From Jatrophihabitans sp. (GTDB lineage: Bacteria > Actinomycetota > Actinomycetes > Mycobacteriales > Jatrophihabitantaceae), in assembly GCA_036502295.1 (NCBI GenBank), contig DASXYU010000085.1, forward strand, positions 387 through 64,386: a stretch of DNA of 64,000 nt, written 5' to 3'. This document shows, in pieces, positions 38,147 to 47,190 of this stretch; positions within the stretch are counted from its first letter, which is position 1; every line of letters begins with the position of its first letter. Made by a program: the position numbers and the translations under genes. The notes under the pieces are model-generated. The model had not been told where the DNA came from, ran no database searches, and saw only the letters and a program-made list of their open reading frames with translations.

Positions 38147-39172
38147 ATGAGCCCCTCTCCGGCGGTGGAGATTCAGGTCGGTGCGCGGACGGTTCGCGTC
38201 AGCAACCCCGACAGGGTCTACTTCAGCGCGCGGGGCGAGACGAAGCTCGACCTCGTCAACTACTACCTCGCCGTCGGCGACGGAATCGTGCGAGCGCTGC
38301 GCGAGCGGCCCTGCATGCTTCACCGCTACCCGGAGGGCGTCGACGGCGAGAAGATCTACCAGAAGCGACTGCCCAAAGGCGCGCCCGACTGGGTCGAGAC
38401 CGTGGAGGTCTCGTTTCCGTCAGGACGGACCGCGGATGAACTGTGCGTGATCGAACTCGCCGACGTGATCTGGGCGGTGCAGATGTCGACCGTCGAGTTC
38501 CACCCGTGGCACACGCGGCGCAGCGCGGTGGAGCGTCCTGATGAACTTCGCATCGACCTCGATCCGGGTGTTGGTGCTGGGTTCGCCGAGACGCAACAGG
38601 TCGCGGCCGTCGTGCACGAGATGCTCGACGAGCTCGGTGCCGTCGGATGGCCCAAGACCTCGGGCTCACGCGGCGTGCACGTCTACGTGCGGATCGAGCC
38701 GACCTACGGCTTCCGCGAGGTGCGGCGTGCGGCACTTGCCTTCGCTCGCGAGGTGGAGCGGCGGATGCCAACGCTGGTGACCTCGCAGTGGTGGAAGGAA
38801 CAACGCCCCGACGGCACCGTCTTCGTCGACTACAACCAGAACACCAAGGACAGGACGATCGCCGCGGCGTACTCGGTGCGCGGCAAGCCGTGGGGACCGG
38901 TATCGGCGCCGGTGACGTGGGACGAACTGCCCGAGGTGGCGATCGAGGACTTCACCATCGCGACGATGCCCGCCCGGTTCGCCGAGCTGGGCGATCTGCA
39001 CGCGGGGATCGACAAGGCGGTGTGGTCGATCGAGCCGCTGCTCGAGTGGGCGGACCGTGACGAGCACGACCATGGCCTCGGTGATGCGCCATACCCGCCG
39101 AACTTCCCGAAGATGGAAGGCGAACCGCTGCGGGTACAGCCGAGTCGCGCACGATCGAAGCCAGATAGCTGA
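38147..39172 (+). CDS. Stand-alone LigD-type primase-polymerase (Prim-Pol / PolDom) protein
   Basis: VRVSNPDRVYF, KLDLVNYY, YQKRLP, VEFHPW, ELRIDLDP, SGSRGVHVYV - archaeo-eukaryotic primase motifs of NHEJ/BER polymerases. Confidence 0.88.
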   Translation: MSPSPAVEIQVGARTVRVSNPDRVYFSARGETKLDLVNYYLAVGDGIVRALRERPCMLHRYPEGVDGEKIYQKRLPKGAPDWVETVEVSFPSGRTADELCVIELADVIWAVQMSTVEFHPWHTRRSAVERPDELRIDLDPGVGAGFAETQQVAAVVHEMLDELGAVGWPKTSGSRGVHVYVRIEPTYGFREVRRAALAFAREVERRMPTLVTSQWWKEQRPDGTVFVDYNQNTKDRTIAAAYSVRGKPWGPVSAPVTWDELPEVAIEDFTIATMPARFAELGDLHAGIDKAVWSIEPLLEWADRDEHDHGLGDAPYPPNFPKMEGEPLRVQPSRARSKPDS

Positions 39173-39175
39173 CGT

Positions 39176-39589
39176 TCACTCGCCTGAGATGGCGGGTTGG
39201 AGCGTGGCCAATGCTGCGCGTTGGTCTTCGGTGAATGGCAACGAATCGACCCGGCCGTCACCGACCTTCACCAACACCGCACGTACAGTGCCGACATCGT
39301 TGCCGCCTTGCGCCACGGAGCAGACCAGAGTGACTGATGTAGTCCCGATCCGCTCCAGCGCGGCATCGATCTCCAGCCGGCCGACGAACATCTCGTGGCG
39401 AAAGTCCGCGGTGACATTGACGACGGCCATGTGTTCCAGGGAGAGATCTCCTCGGCCGGTCTTCTCAAGAATCAACGCCCACGTGAGCCCCACCGTCTCT
39501 AGGGCCTCATAGAACCGCAAGTGCCCGTCAGTCCAGACCGTGCCATCCAGCTCCGGGCGACGGGCGGCGTCGAGAACGAAGTAGTGCAC
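39176..39589 (-). CDS. Hotdog-fold acyl-CoA thioesterase-like protein
   Basis: 137 aa with a 4HBT-like pattern and a GTG start. Convergent with the Prim-Pol gene, 3 nt between the stops. Confidence 0.6.
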   Translation of the reverse strand: MHYFVLDAARRPELDGTVWTDGHLRFYEALETVGLTWALILEKTGRGDLSLEHMAVVNVTADFRHEMFVGRLEIDAALERIGTTSVTLVCSVAQGGNDVGTVRAVLVKVGDGRVDSLPFTEDQRAALATLQPAISGE

Positions 39590-39664
39590 ACGCCTAGGTT
39601 AAGGCGGAGCAATTCGCTGTAACGGTCGGTGTGGTTGCGACGTGGAAGGGGCAAGGACTGAGCT

Positions 39665-39868
39665 ATGGCTGGGGTCGACATCGTGCTCGCGAATGCCGGG
39701 CTCTGCGCGGAGTGCGCACACGTCCTCGTCCGGCCGACCGCGAAGGGGACGGTGTACCTGCGCTGCGGCCTCGCGGCGACCGAGCCACGCCTACCGAGGT
39801 ACCCGCGCCTGCCCGTCCTGCAATGCATCGGCTTTGCCGGGCCGAGTGACGACACGCGAGCTGAGTAA
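39665..39868 (+). CDS. Small 4-Cys hypothetical protein (67 aa)
   Basis: AAGGA RBS about 7 nt upstream of the ATG. Cys at CAEC...C...C suggests a zinc-ribbon-like fold. Confidence 0.5.
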   Translation: MAGVDIVLANAGLCAECAHVLVRPTAKGTVYLRCGLAATEPRLPRYPRLPVLQCIGFAGPSDDTRAE

Positions 39869-39970
39869 CTGCCGATCCCTCTCGTCAACATCTCAGGCGG
39901 ATTTCGCTCGAATACTCCTAGAGTCCGAGCGAGCCGCCCCCACGGCACGCGAGCGAAAGCGCGGGATCAA

Positions 39971-40237
39971 ATGAGGCGACATTCAGCGGGCAGTGAGCAG
40001 CGCCGTGCTGCTGCGGTCACCAGATCGGCAGCGGCACTCGGTTCTGCCGAGGTCTCGCTGGCGGACGTGGTCGAGCGGATGTTTGCGCTGTTCGAATCGC
40101 AGTTGAGCCTCACTACGATCGTCCGCGTGGTTCGTCGGTGCCGGCGCGAACTGGATCTCAGCGCGAGCCCGCTCGTGACCGAGGCACTCGAACGTCGTGC
40201 TCGCGAACGCCTGGCAGTCCTCGCCGCCAGACTCTAA
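39971..40237 (+). CDS. Hypothetical protein (88 aa)
   Basis: Helical, Arg/Leu-rich ORF with a weak RBS. Its stop overlaps the stop of the convergent DMT gene (CTAA). Confidence 0.4.
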   Translation: MRRHSAGSEQRRAAAVTRSAAALGSAEVSLADVVERMFALFESQLSLTTIVRVVRRCRRELDLSASPLVTEALERRARERLAVLAARL

Positions 40238-41067
40238 ATGGTGATGAGGACGATGCTGGCCGCGGCAACCGCTAGTCCGACCCGCTGACTCTTGCTGACA
40301 TGTTCGTGCAGCACCGTGATCGCCAGGATCACCGTCGCTGCGGGATAGAGCGAGGTGAGGACGCCGGCGACCGAGAGTAGGCCGTGGCGGCTGGCGAGCA
40401 GGAAGAAGAGGTTCGCGGTGGCGTCGAAGACGCCGGCACCGGCGGCCCACAACAGCCAGCGTCCTCGAATGACGATCGTGGCGCGTGACCTCAGCGCGAT
40501 CGGGATGATGATCAACGCCGCCGTGATGCGCGAGATCATCAGCGGCCAGAGTCCGGAGTTGTGTCCGGCGCGAGCCAGGAAGACGAAGTAGAACCCGAAC
40601 CCGACGCCGGCGAGGCAGGCCAGCACGATGATCTTCAAGGCGATCTTGCCATGCGGATGGTGCTCAGTGGTGTGGCTGACGAGCACGACGGCGAGGATGC
40701 CCAGCACCATGCCAATCCAGGCGAGCGACGACGGGCGCTCACCCAGCACGACGCCGACAACCACCGGGACGATGGCTGCGAGCACCGCGGTGACCGGGCT
40801 GATGATGTTCATCGGCGCGATCGCCATCAGGCTGTACATCACCAGGACGCCCACCACGCCTGCGCAGCCGCCGAGGATTCCGAAGAGGATCGTCCTTCCG
40901 GTCACCTCGCCGTTGAAGAACGGCAGCATGACTGCGATGAGGACGGCACCGACCGGATAGGCGTACAGCAGGACAGTGGTTGCGCTGTGGCGGCGCGACG
41001 CCAAGCCGCCGGCGAAGTCGCCGAGACCGTAGGTGATGGCGGCGAGCAAGCCGAGAAGGACGACCAC
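40234..41067 (-). CDS. EamA/DMT-family transporter
   Basis: Ten predicted TM helices and the duplicated EamA pattern (ITYGLGDFAGGLASRR...). Confidence 0.85.
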   Translation of the reverse strand: MVVLLGLLAAITYGLGDFAGGLASRRHSATTVLLYAYPVGAVLIAVMLPFFNGEVTGRTILFGILGGCAGVVGVLVMYSLMAIAPMNIISPVTAVLAAIVPVVVGVVLGERPSSLAWIGMVLGILAVVLVSHTTEHHPHGKIALKIIVLACLAGVGFGFYFVFLARAGHNSGLWPLMISRITAALIIIPIALRSRATIVIRGRWLLWAAGAGVFDATANLFFLLASRHGLLSVAGVLTSLYPAATVILAITVLHEHVSKSQRVGLAVAAASIVLITI

Positions 41068-41151
41068 GCCACACGGTATCGGGGCGCGGGAAACCGGTTA
41101 GGGTGCGGGCGTTTCGACACTCGCCCCGCGGCCGCTACTCAACGACCGCGC

Positions 41152-42447
41152 TCAGGCTTTCACCATGGTGAACTGCGCGACATCGAGATAGCCGGAGCGG
41201 AAGCCGGCCTCGGAGTAGGCGAGGTAGAGCGACCACATGCGCCGGAACGTCTCATCGAAACCGAGACGGTCGACCGCCGCGGCCTCCGCCTCGAAGGTCG
41301 CGCGCCAGCGCCGCAGCGTCTCGGCGTAGTGCTTGCCGAAGTTGTAGCTCTCCGTGATCCGTAGCGACGTCCCGGCCGCCAGCGTCCGCTCGATCGCGGG
41401 CGTCGAGGCGATCTGTCCGCCGGGGAAGATGTACTTGCGGATCCAGGTGTAGGTGTCCTGGGTCTCCCGCACCGTGGAGTCGTCCTGCAAGATCGCCTGC
41501 AGGCCGACGCGTCCTCCCGGGCACAGCACTTTGTCGATCGTTCCGAAGTAGGTGCTCCAGTGGGGTGTGCCGACAGCCTCGATCATCTCCACGCTGACGA
41601 CGGCGTCGAAGGTGCCGGTGGTGTCGCGGTAGTCCTGCAACAGGACGGTGGCGCGCTCGCTCAGCCCCTCGCGCTCGATGCGCTCCCGGGCAAGGTCTGC
41701 CTGTTCGGTGGAGATCGTCAGCGATGTCACCTGCGCGCCGCGGCGCGCCGCGCGGATCGCCAGTTCGCCCCAGCCGGTGCCGATCTCGAGCACGCGGGTG
41801 CCGGAGTGCACGCCCGCTGCGTCGAGGAGGCGGTCGATCTTGCGGTGCTGAGCCTCCTCGAGTGACTCGTTGCTGCGTGCCGGGTCACCGTCGAAGAGCG
41901 CCGAGGAGTACGTCAGTGACGGGTCGAGAAAGGTCTTGAAGAGCTCGTTGCTGAGGTCGTAGTGGTGGCTGATGTTCTGCCGCGCGCCCTCGACGGTGTT
42001 GTCATGATGTTCGGGCATCCGGCTCAGCACGACATGCCGCAGCTTGCGCAGCGTCGGCGGCACGAGCACGTCCATGTTTGACGCGAAGGCGGAGAGGACG
42101 CCGGCGAGGTCGTCGGTCGTCCAGTCCGAGGCCATGAATGCCTCGCCGAAGCCGATGGTGCCCGTCGATCCGAGACGGTTGAAGAACGAATCGGGGCGCT
42201 CAAGGTGCATCACGGGGCCATGACCCGAACCACTGCCGTACTGGCGTCCTCCCCCGTCGGCTACGCCGTTGTCGCTGGTGTCCCCACGTGACTCGACAAC
42301 GCGCAGCGGCAGTTGTCCGGCAGCGCGGCGGAAGATACGTCGGGCGACCGCGGCGCGGAACGGGGCATGAGGAACCCGCACAATGTCAGCCCAGCGTGAG
42401 GCGTCACTGGACGCCTTCAGTTCCGGCCGGTCGTTGACGAGTGTCAC
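41152..42447 (-). CDS. Cyclopropane-fatty-acyl-phospholipid synthase-family SAM methyltransferase
   Basis: SAM motif VLEIGTGWGELA and the CMAS C-terminal pattern. GAAGGAGG RBS upstream of GTG 42447. Confidence 0.88.
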   Translation of the reverse strand: MTLVNDRPELKASSDASRWADIVRVPHAPFRAAVARRIFRRAAGQLPLRVVESRGDTSDNGVADGGGRQYGSGSGHGPVMHLERPDSFFNRLGSTGTIGFGEAFMASDWTTDDLAGVLSAFASNMDVLVPPTLRKLRHVVLSRMPEHHDNTVEGARQNISHHYDLSNELFKTFLDPSLTYSSALFDGDPARSNESLEEAQHRKIDRLLDAAGVHSGTRVLEIGTGWGELAIRAARRGAQVTSLTISTEQADLARERIEREGLSERATVLLQDYRDTTGTFDAVVSVEMIEAVGTPHWSTYFGTIDKVLCPGGRVGLQAILQDDSTVRETQDTYTWIRKYIFPGGQIASTPAIERTLAAGTSLRITESYNFGKHYAETLRRWRATFEAEAAAVDRLGFDETFRRMWSLYLAYSEAGFRSGYLDVAQFTMVKA

Positions 42448-42614
42448 GCGGCACCTCCTTCAGCATGATTTCAGCGTCCAATTTACGATCTCGCGCGCGC
42501 TAAACACGGCATCGCATGCGGAAACAATGGATGGATTCCGGGTTATCGACTCGTGCGCGGTGCCGCGCCGTTGAGTACCGAGTGGTCGGCTTTGTCAGCT
42601 CGGGCAGCTCGGCG

Positions 42615-44276
42615 TCAGTTTCGGGGGCAGGTGGTGTCAGGCGGCGGGAGCGTCACATCGATGAGGTACTTGTTCACCGCGTCATCGATGCAGGAGCTGC
42701 CCTCGAGGTAGCTGGTGTGCCCTTCGCCGTCCCAGGTCAGCACCTCGGCGTTGCCCATCGTCTTCGCCAGGTCGACGGCACCTTGGTAGGGGGTCGCCGG
42801 ATCGTTGAGGTTGCCGATCACCAAGACCTTGTTGGCGGTGTTGTCAGCGGTCGGTAGCGGCGGCGGCGTTCGTGTCGGTTGCCACTGCTGGCAGGACGCG
42901 AGCGACCCTGCTGCCCAGATGCCGAACATCGGGTACTTGGTGGCCCACTGCGCGGCGGTGTCCTTGATCTTCTGATCGGTCGGACCGGGATCGGAGTCAT
43001 TGCAGGAGATCGTGAGGTTGGCGTCGATGATGTTGCTGTAGCTGCCGTCGGCGTCGCGCTCGTTGTACTGGTCGGCGAGGTCGAGCAGGCCCGAACCGTC
43101 CCCGTTCTTCGCCTTCTTCAGCGCACTGGCGAGGTCGGGCCAGTACGAGCTTGAGTACAGCGCCTGCAGCACGCCGGTGAGGGCGAGCGATGAGGTGAGG
43201 ACGCGCGATGATCCCGTCGACAGCGGCTTGGTGTTCGCCTTCGTCACGATGTCGTAGACGGCCTGCCGGGGATCGCCGAGTGATGCGCAGCCCGTGCCAC
43301 AGTTGTCGGAGAACTGGTCGAATGACTTCTCGAAGCCGTCGAGTTGGTCGGCGAACTGCTGGATGTCATCGGTGAGCGGATCGACCGCCCCGTCGAGAAC
43401 CGCGACGCGGACCTTGCCCGGAAAGAGGTGCGCGTAGACCGAGCCCAGTTCGGTTCCGTAGGAGAAGCCGAGGTAGTTCATCCGTTCGTCCCCGACCGCC
43501 TGGCGGATGAGATCCATGTCGCGGGCAGTGTTGACCGTGTTGATGAAGGGCAGCGAGGTGCCGTACTTGCTGGCGCAGCCGTCGGCGACCTGCTTGGCGA
43601 GCTTCTTCGCCTGGTCGAAATCGGCCTGCTGGCGCACGTCGGGGGAGTACGCGTTGTACTGGTCCTTGAGGCTGTTGCTGATGCAGTTGATCGGGCTGGA
43701 GAGACCGACACCGCGCGGATCGAAACCGATGATGTCGAAGTTCTTCAACAGCGACGGGTCCAGTTCGCTGAGGATGCCGAGTGCGAGTTCGATGCCCGAT
43801 GCGCCAGGTCCGCCGGGATTCACCAGCAGAGAGCCGATCGGGGTCGCGTCCTTGTCGTGGATTCGCAGCAGCTGCAGATTGATGCTTCGACCGCTGGCGT
43901 CGGTGTAGTTCAGCGGCACCGGAAGTTGGGCGCAGCCGAAGCTGATCTTACCGTCGAGGCCGTCGGGCGCCGGCACGTCGCTCGGGGTGAAGATGCTGTT
44001 GCAGCTGCCGAAGGTGATCGGGTCGACGGAGGGCGTCGCCGTCGCACCCGGGGAGGACGGGTCTCCAGAGGACGGGGCGGGACTCGTCGGGCGACCGCTG
44101 TCACTGCTGGAGGAGGAGGTCGGGCTGCTCGGGAGAGTGCTGCCGACCGGCGTGCCGTTGGTGGTGTGCGCGCAGGCCGCGAGCAGCAGACCTGTCACCA
44201 CCGGGAGCACGAGCAGTGCACGACGCACGGCGTCTCCTCCCATCACAGACCGGCCGATGCCGGGTAATGCGGACAA
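42615..44276 (-). CDS. Secreted alpha/beta hydrolase, tripeptidyl-aminopeptidase (TAP) family lipoprotein
   Basis: Lipobox LLLAACA, Ser/Pro linker, nucleophile elbow GFSYGTELG, and the TAP C-terminal region. The start may be 44243. Confidence 0.85.
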   Translation of the reverse strand: MSALPGIGRSVMGGDAVRRALLVLPVVTGLLLAACAHTTNGTPVGSTLPSSPTSSSSSDSGRPTSPAPSSGDPSSPGATATPSVDPITFGSCNSIFTPSDVPAPDGLDGKISFGCAQLPVPLNYTDASGRSINLQLLRIHDKDATPIGSLLVNPGGPGASGIELALGILSELDPSLLKNFDIIGFDPRGVGLSSPINCISNSLKDQYNAYSPDVRQQADFDQAKKLAKQVADGCASKYGTSLPFINTVNTARDMDLIRQAVGDERMNYLGFSYGTELGSVYAHLFPGKVRVAVLDGAVDPLTDDIQQFADQLDGFEKSFDQFSDNCGTGCASLGDPRQAVYDIVTKANTKPLSTGSSRVLTSSLALTGVLQALYSSSYWPDLASALKKAKNGDGSGLLDLADQYNERDADGSYSNIIDANLTISCNDSDPGPTDQKIKDTAAQWATKYPMFGIWAAGSLASCQQWQPTRTPPPLPTADNTANKVLVIGNLNDPATPYQGAVDLAKTMGNAEVLTWDGEGHTSYLEGSSCIDDAVNKYLIDVTLPPPDTTCPRN

Positions 44277-44338
44277 CCTTATCGGCGCCGTAGTCAGCCG
44301 CCGTTAAGGCGCGTGCGCGCGGCTGCTGCCTGGGACGA

Positions 44339-45418
44339 TCAGCGGGCGAGCCCCGGGACGATCTCGGCGAGGTCGAAGTCGACCGGTTGTTCCAGTTGGT
44401 CGTAGGTACAGCTGCGCGGGTCGCGGTCGGGGCGCCACCGGTTGAACTGCGCGGTGTGCCTGAAGCGCCGCCCCTCCATGTGGTCATAGCGGACCTCGAC
44501 GACACGTTCAGGACGCAGCGGGACGAAGGAGAGGTCCCTGCCGTTGTTCCAACGCGAGCCGGCCCCCGACCGGGGCGTGCGGGTGCCCTGCTCGACTTCG
44601 GCCCAGTTCCACGGATGGTCGGCGAACTCGGCGAGCAGCGGTTGGAGCTCGACGAAGAGTTCTCGCCTCGTCGCCAACGGAAAGGCGCCGATAACGCCGA
44701 CGGAGGCGAGACTGCCGTCCTCGGCGTAGAGGCCGAGGAGCAGGGAGCCGATCGCATCGGTCTCGTTGCGATAGAGGCGGTAACCGGCGACGACGCAGTC
44801 GGCCGTGCGCTCGTGCTTGAGCTTGAACATCACGCGCTTGTCGGGCTGGTACGTGCCGTCGAGGGGCTTGGCGATGATGCCATCGAGTCCGGCGCCCTCG
44901 AATTCGGTGAACCAGCGTCGCGCTTCGTCCTCGTCGCGGGTCGCGGGGGTGAGGTGCACCGACTTGCCAGGCGAGGCGAGGACGGACTCAAGCGTGGCGC
45001 GGCGTTCGCCGAACGGGCGCATTGTCAGATCTTCGTCGCCGAGGGCGAGCAGATCGAAGGCGATGAACTGCGTCGGGGTCTTCTCGGCGAGCATCTGCAC
45101 GCGTGAATCGGCCGGATGAATGCGCTCCTGCAGCGCTTCGAAGTCGAGACCGGTGGAGGTCGCGATGACGATCTCACCGTCGAGGACGCAGCGAGGTGGT
45201 GTCTCGGCGCGGATCGCCTCGACGAGTTCCGGAAAGTAGCGCGTCAGTGGCTTCTCATTGCGGCTGCCGAGCTCGACATCGTTGCCGTCCCGAAAGATGA
45301 TGCTGCGGAACCCGTCGAATTTCGGCTCATAGTGGTAGGCGCCCGCGGGCAGCTTCTCGAGGCTGGGGATCGCCTTGGCGAGCATCGGGGAGAGCGGCGG
45401 CATCACCGGAAGGTCCAT
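44339..45418 (-). CDS. ligC: ATP-dependent DNA ligase, LigC type
   Basis: Adenylation motif I EPKFDGFR plus downstream nucleotidyltransferase/OB motifs. ATG 45418 is supported by alignment with the two upstream 5' copies and by a GAGG RBS. Confidence 0.9.
   Translation of the reverse strand: MDLPVMPPLSPMLAKAIPSLEKLPAGAYHYEPKFDGFRSIIFRDGNDVELGSRNEKPLTRYFPELVEAIRAETPPRCVLDGEIVIATSTGLDFEALQERIHPADSRVQMLAEKTPTQFIAFDLLALGDEDLTMRPFGERRATLESVLASPGKSVHLTPATRDEDEARRWFTEFEGAGLDGIIAKPLDGTYQPDKRVMFKLKHERTADCVVAGYRLYRNETDAIGSLLLGLYAEDGSLASVGVIGAFPLATRRELFVELQPLLAEFADHPWNWAEVEQGTRTPRSGAGSRWNNGRDLSFVPLRPERVVEVRYDHMEGRRFRHTAQFNRWRPDRDPRSCTYDQLEQPVDFDLAEIVPGLAR
45312..45418 (-). repeat. Direct repeat copy A (ligC codons 1-36) of the 107-nt repeat
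   Basis: By eye, 105/107 nt are identical to 46224-46330 (offset 912 nt). Confidence 0.9.
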
Positions 45419-45435
45419 CGCCTCACGGTATTGCG

Positions 45436-45867
45436 CTACTGCCGCTGAAGCCACAAGGCGAGACTCGGAGTAGTCCACGTGGCGATCCCGGTACCGAGCA
45501 AGTCGTTGTCTTGAGTCCAGATCGCTGCATCGAGCGCTAGGGCACAGGCGACCAAAGGCCAGTCGTCAGGATCGCGAAGCGAACGAGACCGGGCTTCGTC
45601 CTCAAGCGGCGCAAGCACCGCGCTCTCGACGAGCGCGATGTTCGTATCGACGGCGGTCAGGCACAGCTCGCTGAGAGCCGTGGCATCCTGAGTGCCCAAG
45701 CCATGACGCCGACAGAATCCGCTCACGCGACGGGGCAGCTCATGGCGGAACTCACTGTGAGTCTGCTCTGGAAGGAATAGCTCAAGTGCGCCATGGGCGA
45801 GTCGCTCGCGGCCAGCGACTCGCAGCAACTCAGCCAACAGAACGCTTGCATCGACAACCAGTCGCAT
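45436..45867 (-). CDS. PIN-domain toxin (VapC-like)
   Basis: MRLVVDASVLL... with acidic PIN residues (D6, DPDDWPLVA, TQDNDL). ATGA overlap with the upstream antitoxin gene. Confidence 0.85.
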   Translation of the reverse strand: MRLVVDASVLLAELLRVAGRERLAHGALELFLPEQTHSEFRHELPRRVSGFCRRHGLGTQDATALSELCLTAVDTNIALVESAVLAPLEDEARSRSLRDPDDWPLVACALALDAAIWTQDNDLLGTGIATWTTPSLALWLQRQ

Positions 45868-46118
45868 CAGGAGCGGCGCCGTCGTGGCCGGGAGATATCG
45901 GCCGCCACTTCATCCTCGGTCAGTCCGGTGCGCGCGTAGATATCCTCCAACGCGGCCCCGAGGCGTCCAAGCGCCTCATGTCCGGACGGGCGATCCATCG
46001 CGTGAACTGGAACGTAGAAACCAACAGGAGTGCCGTGCCGTTCCACCACGAGCGTCTCGCCACCTGCGAGCAGCGTTGTGGCGTGATCCTTAAAGTCGCG
46101 AACACCTACGTGCTTCAT
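45867..46118 (-). CDS. Phd/YefM-type antitoxin
   Basis: MKHVGVRDFKDHATTLLAGGETLVVERHGTPVGFYVP is a typical Phd N-terminus. GGAGGAGG RBS present. Confidence 0.85.
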   Translation of the reverse strand: MKHVGVRDFKDHATTLLAGGETLVVERHGTPVGFYVPVHAMDRPSGHEALGRLGAALEDIYARTGLTEDEVAADISRPRRRRS

Positions 46119-46207
46119 GACGCACCTCCTCCGGTCGTCGGGCGATCGTTATGGCTACCAGTGTAGTCACAAGATTCGCTTCTATGCCGTTCGAAAGCGG
46201 AGCACCG

Positions 46208-46330
46208 TCAACAGCGCCGAAAGCCGTCGAATTTCGGCTCATAGTGGTAGGCGCCCGCAGGCAGCTTCTCGAGGCTGGGGATCGCCTTGGCGAGCATCGG
46301 GGAGAGCGGCGACATCACCGGAAGGTCCAT
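46208..46330 (-). pseudogene. Displaced ligC 5' fragment, copy B (40 codons, ends FRRC*)
   Basis: MDLPVMSPLSPMLAKAIPSLEKLPAGAYHYEPKFDGFRRC*. Near-identical to ligC codons 1-36. The RBS is lost (GAGG becomes GTCG). Confidence 0.9.
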
Positions 46331-46377
46331 GACGACACGGTAGGCGATTGCATACGGGGCCGATGAGTTGCGGAGAA

Positions 46378-46394
46378 GCGCTACGATGTAGCGC
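46378..46394 (+). promoter_or_regulatory. Perfect 7-bp inverted repeat abutting the antitoxin start codon
   Basis: GCGCTAC-GAT-GTAGCGC lies immediately 5' of ATG 46395. Candidate autoregulation operator or translation-occluding hairpin. Confidence 0.4.
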
Positions 46395-46817
46395 ATGACT
46401 AGTCCATTGTCGATCAGGTTCGACAAAGCGCTGTTGGAGCGACTTCGTCGGCGGGCGGTCATCCAGGACTCGACTCCATCGGGCTTGGCGCAGCGGCTCG
46501 TGGATGAGGGTCTGCGCGCTCAGGAACATCCCGGCATCGTGTTCAAGGACGGTCCTTCTGGTCGTCGGGCGGCGCTGGTGGCGGGACCAGACGTCTGGGA
46601 GGTTGTCGCCGCGGTCGGCGGCTCCGGTGTGAAGGATGAAAGGCGGGCCGTGACGGTCGTCTCCCAAGAGCTCTCCCTATCAGCGGGACAGGTTCGCCTC
46701 GCGCTGGACTATTACGGTGCATACTCCGAGGAGATTGACGCGCAGATCGCGGAGAACCAACTCGCGGTGACTGAAGCGCTGGCTGCCTTTCGGGCACGGC
46801 AGCGGCTACTTGCGTGA
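46395..46817 (+). CDS. RHH + DUF433-like putative antitoxin
   Basis: N-terminal CopG-like IRFDKALLERLRRRA and a C-terminal DUF433-like pattern (HPGIVFKDGPSGRRAALVAGPDVWEVV...LSAGQVRLALDYY). Confidence 0.7.
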   Translation: MTSPLSIRFDKALLERLRRRAVIQDSTPSGLAQRLVDEGLRAQEHPGIVFKDGPSGRRAALVAGPDVWEVVAAVGGSGVKDERRAVTVVSQELSLSAGQVRLALDYYGAYSEEIDAQIAENQLAVTEALAAFRARQRLLA

Positions 46818-47176
46818 CGGTCAGACTGCTGCTTGACGAACACTTCTCCGAAGTCATTGCCGAGCGCCTGCGTCAACTTGGGCACGACGTTGTCGCGGTT
46901 GTTGCCGACCCGTCCTTGCGTGCTCAGCCTGACGCTGAGGTCTATCGATGGGCAGCGGTAGAAGGACGTCGGGTTGTGACCGAGAACGTCAAGGACTACC
47001 GCCCGTTGCTGCTCGGCGCGTACGAGAATCACGACCCGGTGGCGCCGTTGCTGCTTGTCGCGTCAGGGAGATTTCTGCGAGGGGGCCGCCGCGCATCCGC
47101 GGTCGTCTCGGCGCTGGAGAAGTGGCTAACCCGAACCAGCGCCGGTAGTCGCCCTTACGAGGATTGGCTGATCTGA
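46814..47176 (+). CDS. DUF5615-family PIN-like putative toxin
   Basis: The start overlaps the antitoxin stop. VRLLLDEHFSEVIAERLRQLGHDVV is a typical DUF5615 N-terminus. Confidence 0.75.
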   Translation: MTVRLLLDEHFSEVIAERLRQLGHDVVAVVADPSLRAQPDAEVYRWAAVEGRRVVTENVKDYRPLLLGAYENHDPVAPLLLVASGRFLRGGRRASAVVSALEKWLTRTSAGSRPYEDWLI

Positions 47177-47190
47177 AGCTCGCCGAATAC

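Noticed and set aside
45419-45478. A longer ligC start at 45478 (MDYSESRLVASAAVAQYREA-MDLPV...).
   Set aside because: It would overlap the PIN gene by 43 nt. Similarity among the three ligase 5' copies begins only about 20 nt upstream of ATG 45418, and copy C starts (GTG) at the aligned position.
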